DNA of 64,000 bases from positions 139,688,001-139,752,000 of the forward strand of contig CM059432.1 of NCBI GenBank assembly GCA_030390025.1, given 5' to 3'. Source of the stretch: Squalus acanthias. Its lineage: Eukaryota. Below the pieces are notes generated by a model, which did no database searches, was not told where the DNA came from, and worked only from the letters and a program-made list of their open reading frames with translations. Shown in pieces: positions 62,122 to 64,000 of the stretch. The position numbers and the translations under genes are program-made. How positions within the stretch are numbered: the first letter of the stretch is position 1; each line of letters opens with the position of its first letter.

Positions 62122-64000
62122 TAGAAATGGTGCTTGCAGGGCAGAAGGACTGCTCAGCACTCACTGATTTTGTTTCACCTTTTTTGATTCATTGCTCCCA
62201 CCTTTTTTTTTCAGGTCTCTGAATGGTACCAACTGAGGAGAGGTTGGCAAACTGCCGTCAGGCATTTGCCACTGTTGCTCTTGAGCCGGCCACTAAGATG
62301 TGCCAAGAGCAGCCCATTAGTTTCCCCAACCTCCGACTTGCGCTTGGTGCCGCCTTGTGGGGAGGAGCAGTAGTGTAGTGGGCCAGTGGCGCAATTCAAC
62401 ATCCCATCGTTCTTTGGTGCCATGCTTTGTAGGTCCTTGTATGATTTGGAGGTAGCAGATAAGAGGTGGTAGAGACATTGGAATATACTTACAAAAGACT
62501 CTGACAGCGCAGCACTTGTTACAAAAGGAATCGGGTGACCAAAAGTGCCAAAATCACAAACCTCTTGAACACCAAATAATAGTATACGTATTCCCTCTAT
62601 CCTGAAGCTCAATAAGATCTGTGCTTTTCTTCCATATTGAAATATATTTAATATTAATAAAAACCACAATCTCATGGCAGGTAATATTTAATATCCATCT
62701 TTAACAAAAACTCTTCTGAATTTCACACCCCTGATAAGTAATATAAAATATGTTACAAATATTATGTATGCATGCACACACCTCCTGTCAACTTTTTCCA
62801 TTCTAAGTTCCTATGTCTTTGTTTATAATGGAAACTTGTCACCCTGTAATTGCATCCCCTGCCAGTGGAGGCAGTGCAGTGCCAGTAGCAGGAGGTTGGA
62901 ATTAGTGTGCAATTTACATAGGCAGTTTCTATTCTCAATGTGGTCACAGAACTTTATAATGGGACAAGTTGACAGAGCTTTACAATTGGAAATATGGAAA
63001 TAAGGATAGAATGTATGACTTTAAAATGGGGACTGAATTGCGTCTCCGCTTCCTGCCCTTCAACCTTGCTTCACCCGAGAACTAGACTTGGTCAACTCCC
63101 TGTGTGCCATGCCACGGGAGATCGACTAACGTACTTCATTTTAACTTTCATTCTTGTGGCTCAATTCAACGACACCCTCATCTAGCTGGAAAGAAGAAAA
63201 TTGTAAACTTCACGAAAGGGCATCGGATCTAGCGGCAGATGCTTGAAATGCACGTTTAAATTCACGAATGTAAACACAATAACTTTCTGACAGCAGTATC
63301 TGTAAACCGTATCATTCCTAAATAATCAGTTTACATAGTCACAGCAAGCAAATGTAAGGGCGAATTCAGTTATCCTCTGCTCCAAGAGAATCCAGGTCAA
63401 AGATAAAGCTGCAAACGGTACTGATTCGCCGACCGGCAATCCCTTTGAGCAGTGCTTCCCTGGTGGGAGTGTGGAATTGGTGAATTCACGCACATTATCC
63501 CATATTAAGCTAGACTGTTTGTTTAAATTCACTTTTAAGTCAAATTTTAATGTGTGGTAGATTCTAGGTTTATGTTGGTTCAATCACCCTTTTGATCCAA
63601 GGCTTCAAAAATTGAAGCTCATTCAGAAAAATCTAGGCACGTCCACAGGAAGCAGATTGGATTGCTGCTCTCATTCTAACCTGTTACTATAGTCTGGACA
63701 CCGGGACAGCCGTTTAATATAGTACAGTCTTGCTAGATTGCCTGTGATTACATGGTTATTTCATTATTAGTGAATTTGAAAGCCTAGAACCTCCTTTTCT
63801 TTGTGGTTGGTTTAAATACATAAGGTTCTTTTCAACTTGGATTGTAACGTGTTGTGTCCGCCCCCAGGAAATGCGTTTAAACTTTTTAAATCACAAGATG
63901 CCCCAGATGGATGAGAGAAGATTTTTATTTGGTTTTTATTTACGTTTTCTGCAACCTGTGAAAGATTATATCTTTATACAACGTGCTAGATTGGATTAGG

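Noticed and set aside
61255..62675. Minus-strand ORFs of 140-177 aa downstream of DERL1, possibly a neighbouring gene such as ZHX2
   Set aside because: No recognisable domains or convincing exon structure; most likely antisense to 3'UTR or intergenic DNA

Overview
Eukaryotic genomic DNA, very likely from a cartilaginous fish (inferred from its HE1/V-SINE, DeuSINE and CR1 repeats). Two spliced genes lie head-to-head about 4.1 kb apart. TBC1D31/WDR67 is on the minus strand: coding exons 1-15 run from ATG 38416 down to 474 and the gene continues off the left edge. DERL1 is complete on the plus strand: 8 coding exons, 42543-60974, 251 aa. All exon borders were read as GT-AG with consistent phases. 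Introns are crowded with often nested transposable elements (CR1, L2, Tx1, Penelope-like, PIF/Harbinger elements and MITEs, hAT-type MITEs, several SINEs). Repeat coordinates are approximate unless a TSD or TIR is quoted. Best leads: (1) a young Penelope-like insertion forming a perfect 82-bp-arm palindrome with an intact-core minimal hammerhead ribozyme motif in the TBC1D31 sense orientation; (2) a ~2-kb G-rich minisatellite that appears to have arisen from a MITE end, with inverted copies of that MITE bracketing TBC1D31 exon 1; (3) an apparently divergent DERL1 with a U12-type intron and a UPRE in its promoter; (4) two Tx1 3' ends fused back-to-back upstream of DERL1. I found no solid evidence of a wholly new gene system. 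Family and orthologue comparisons are from recalled sequences, not database searches.
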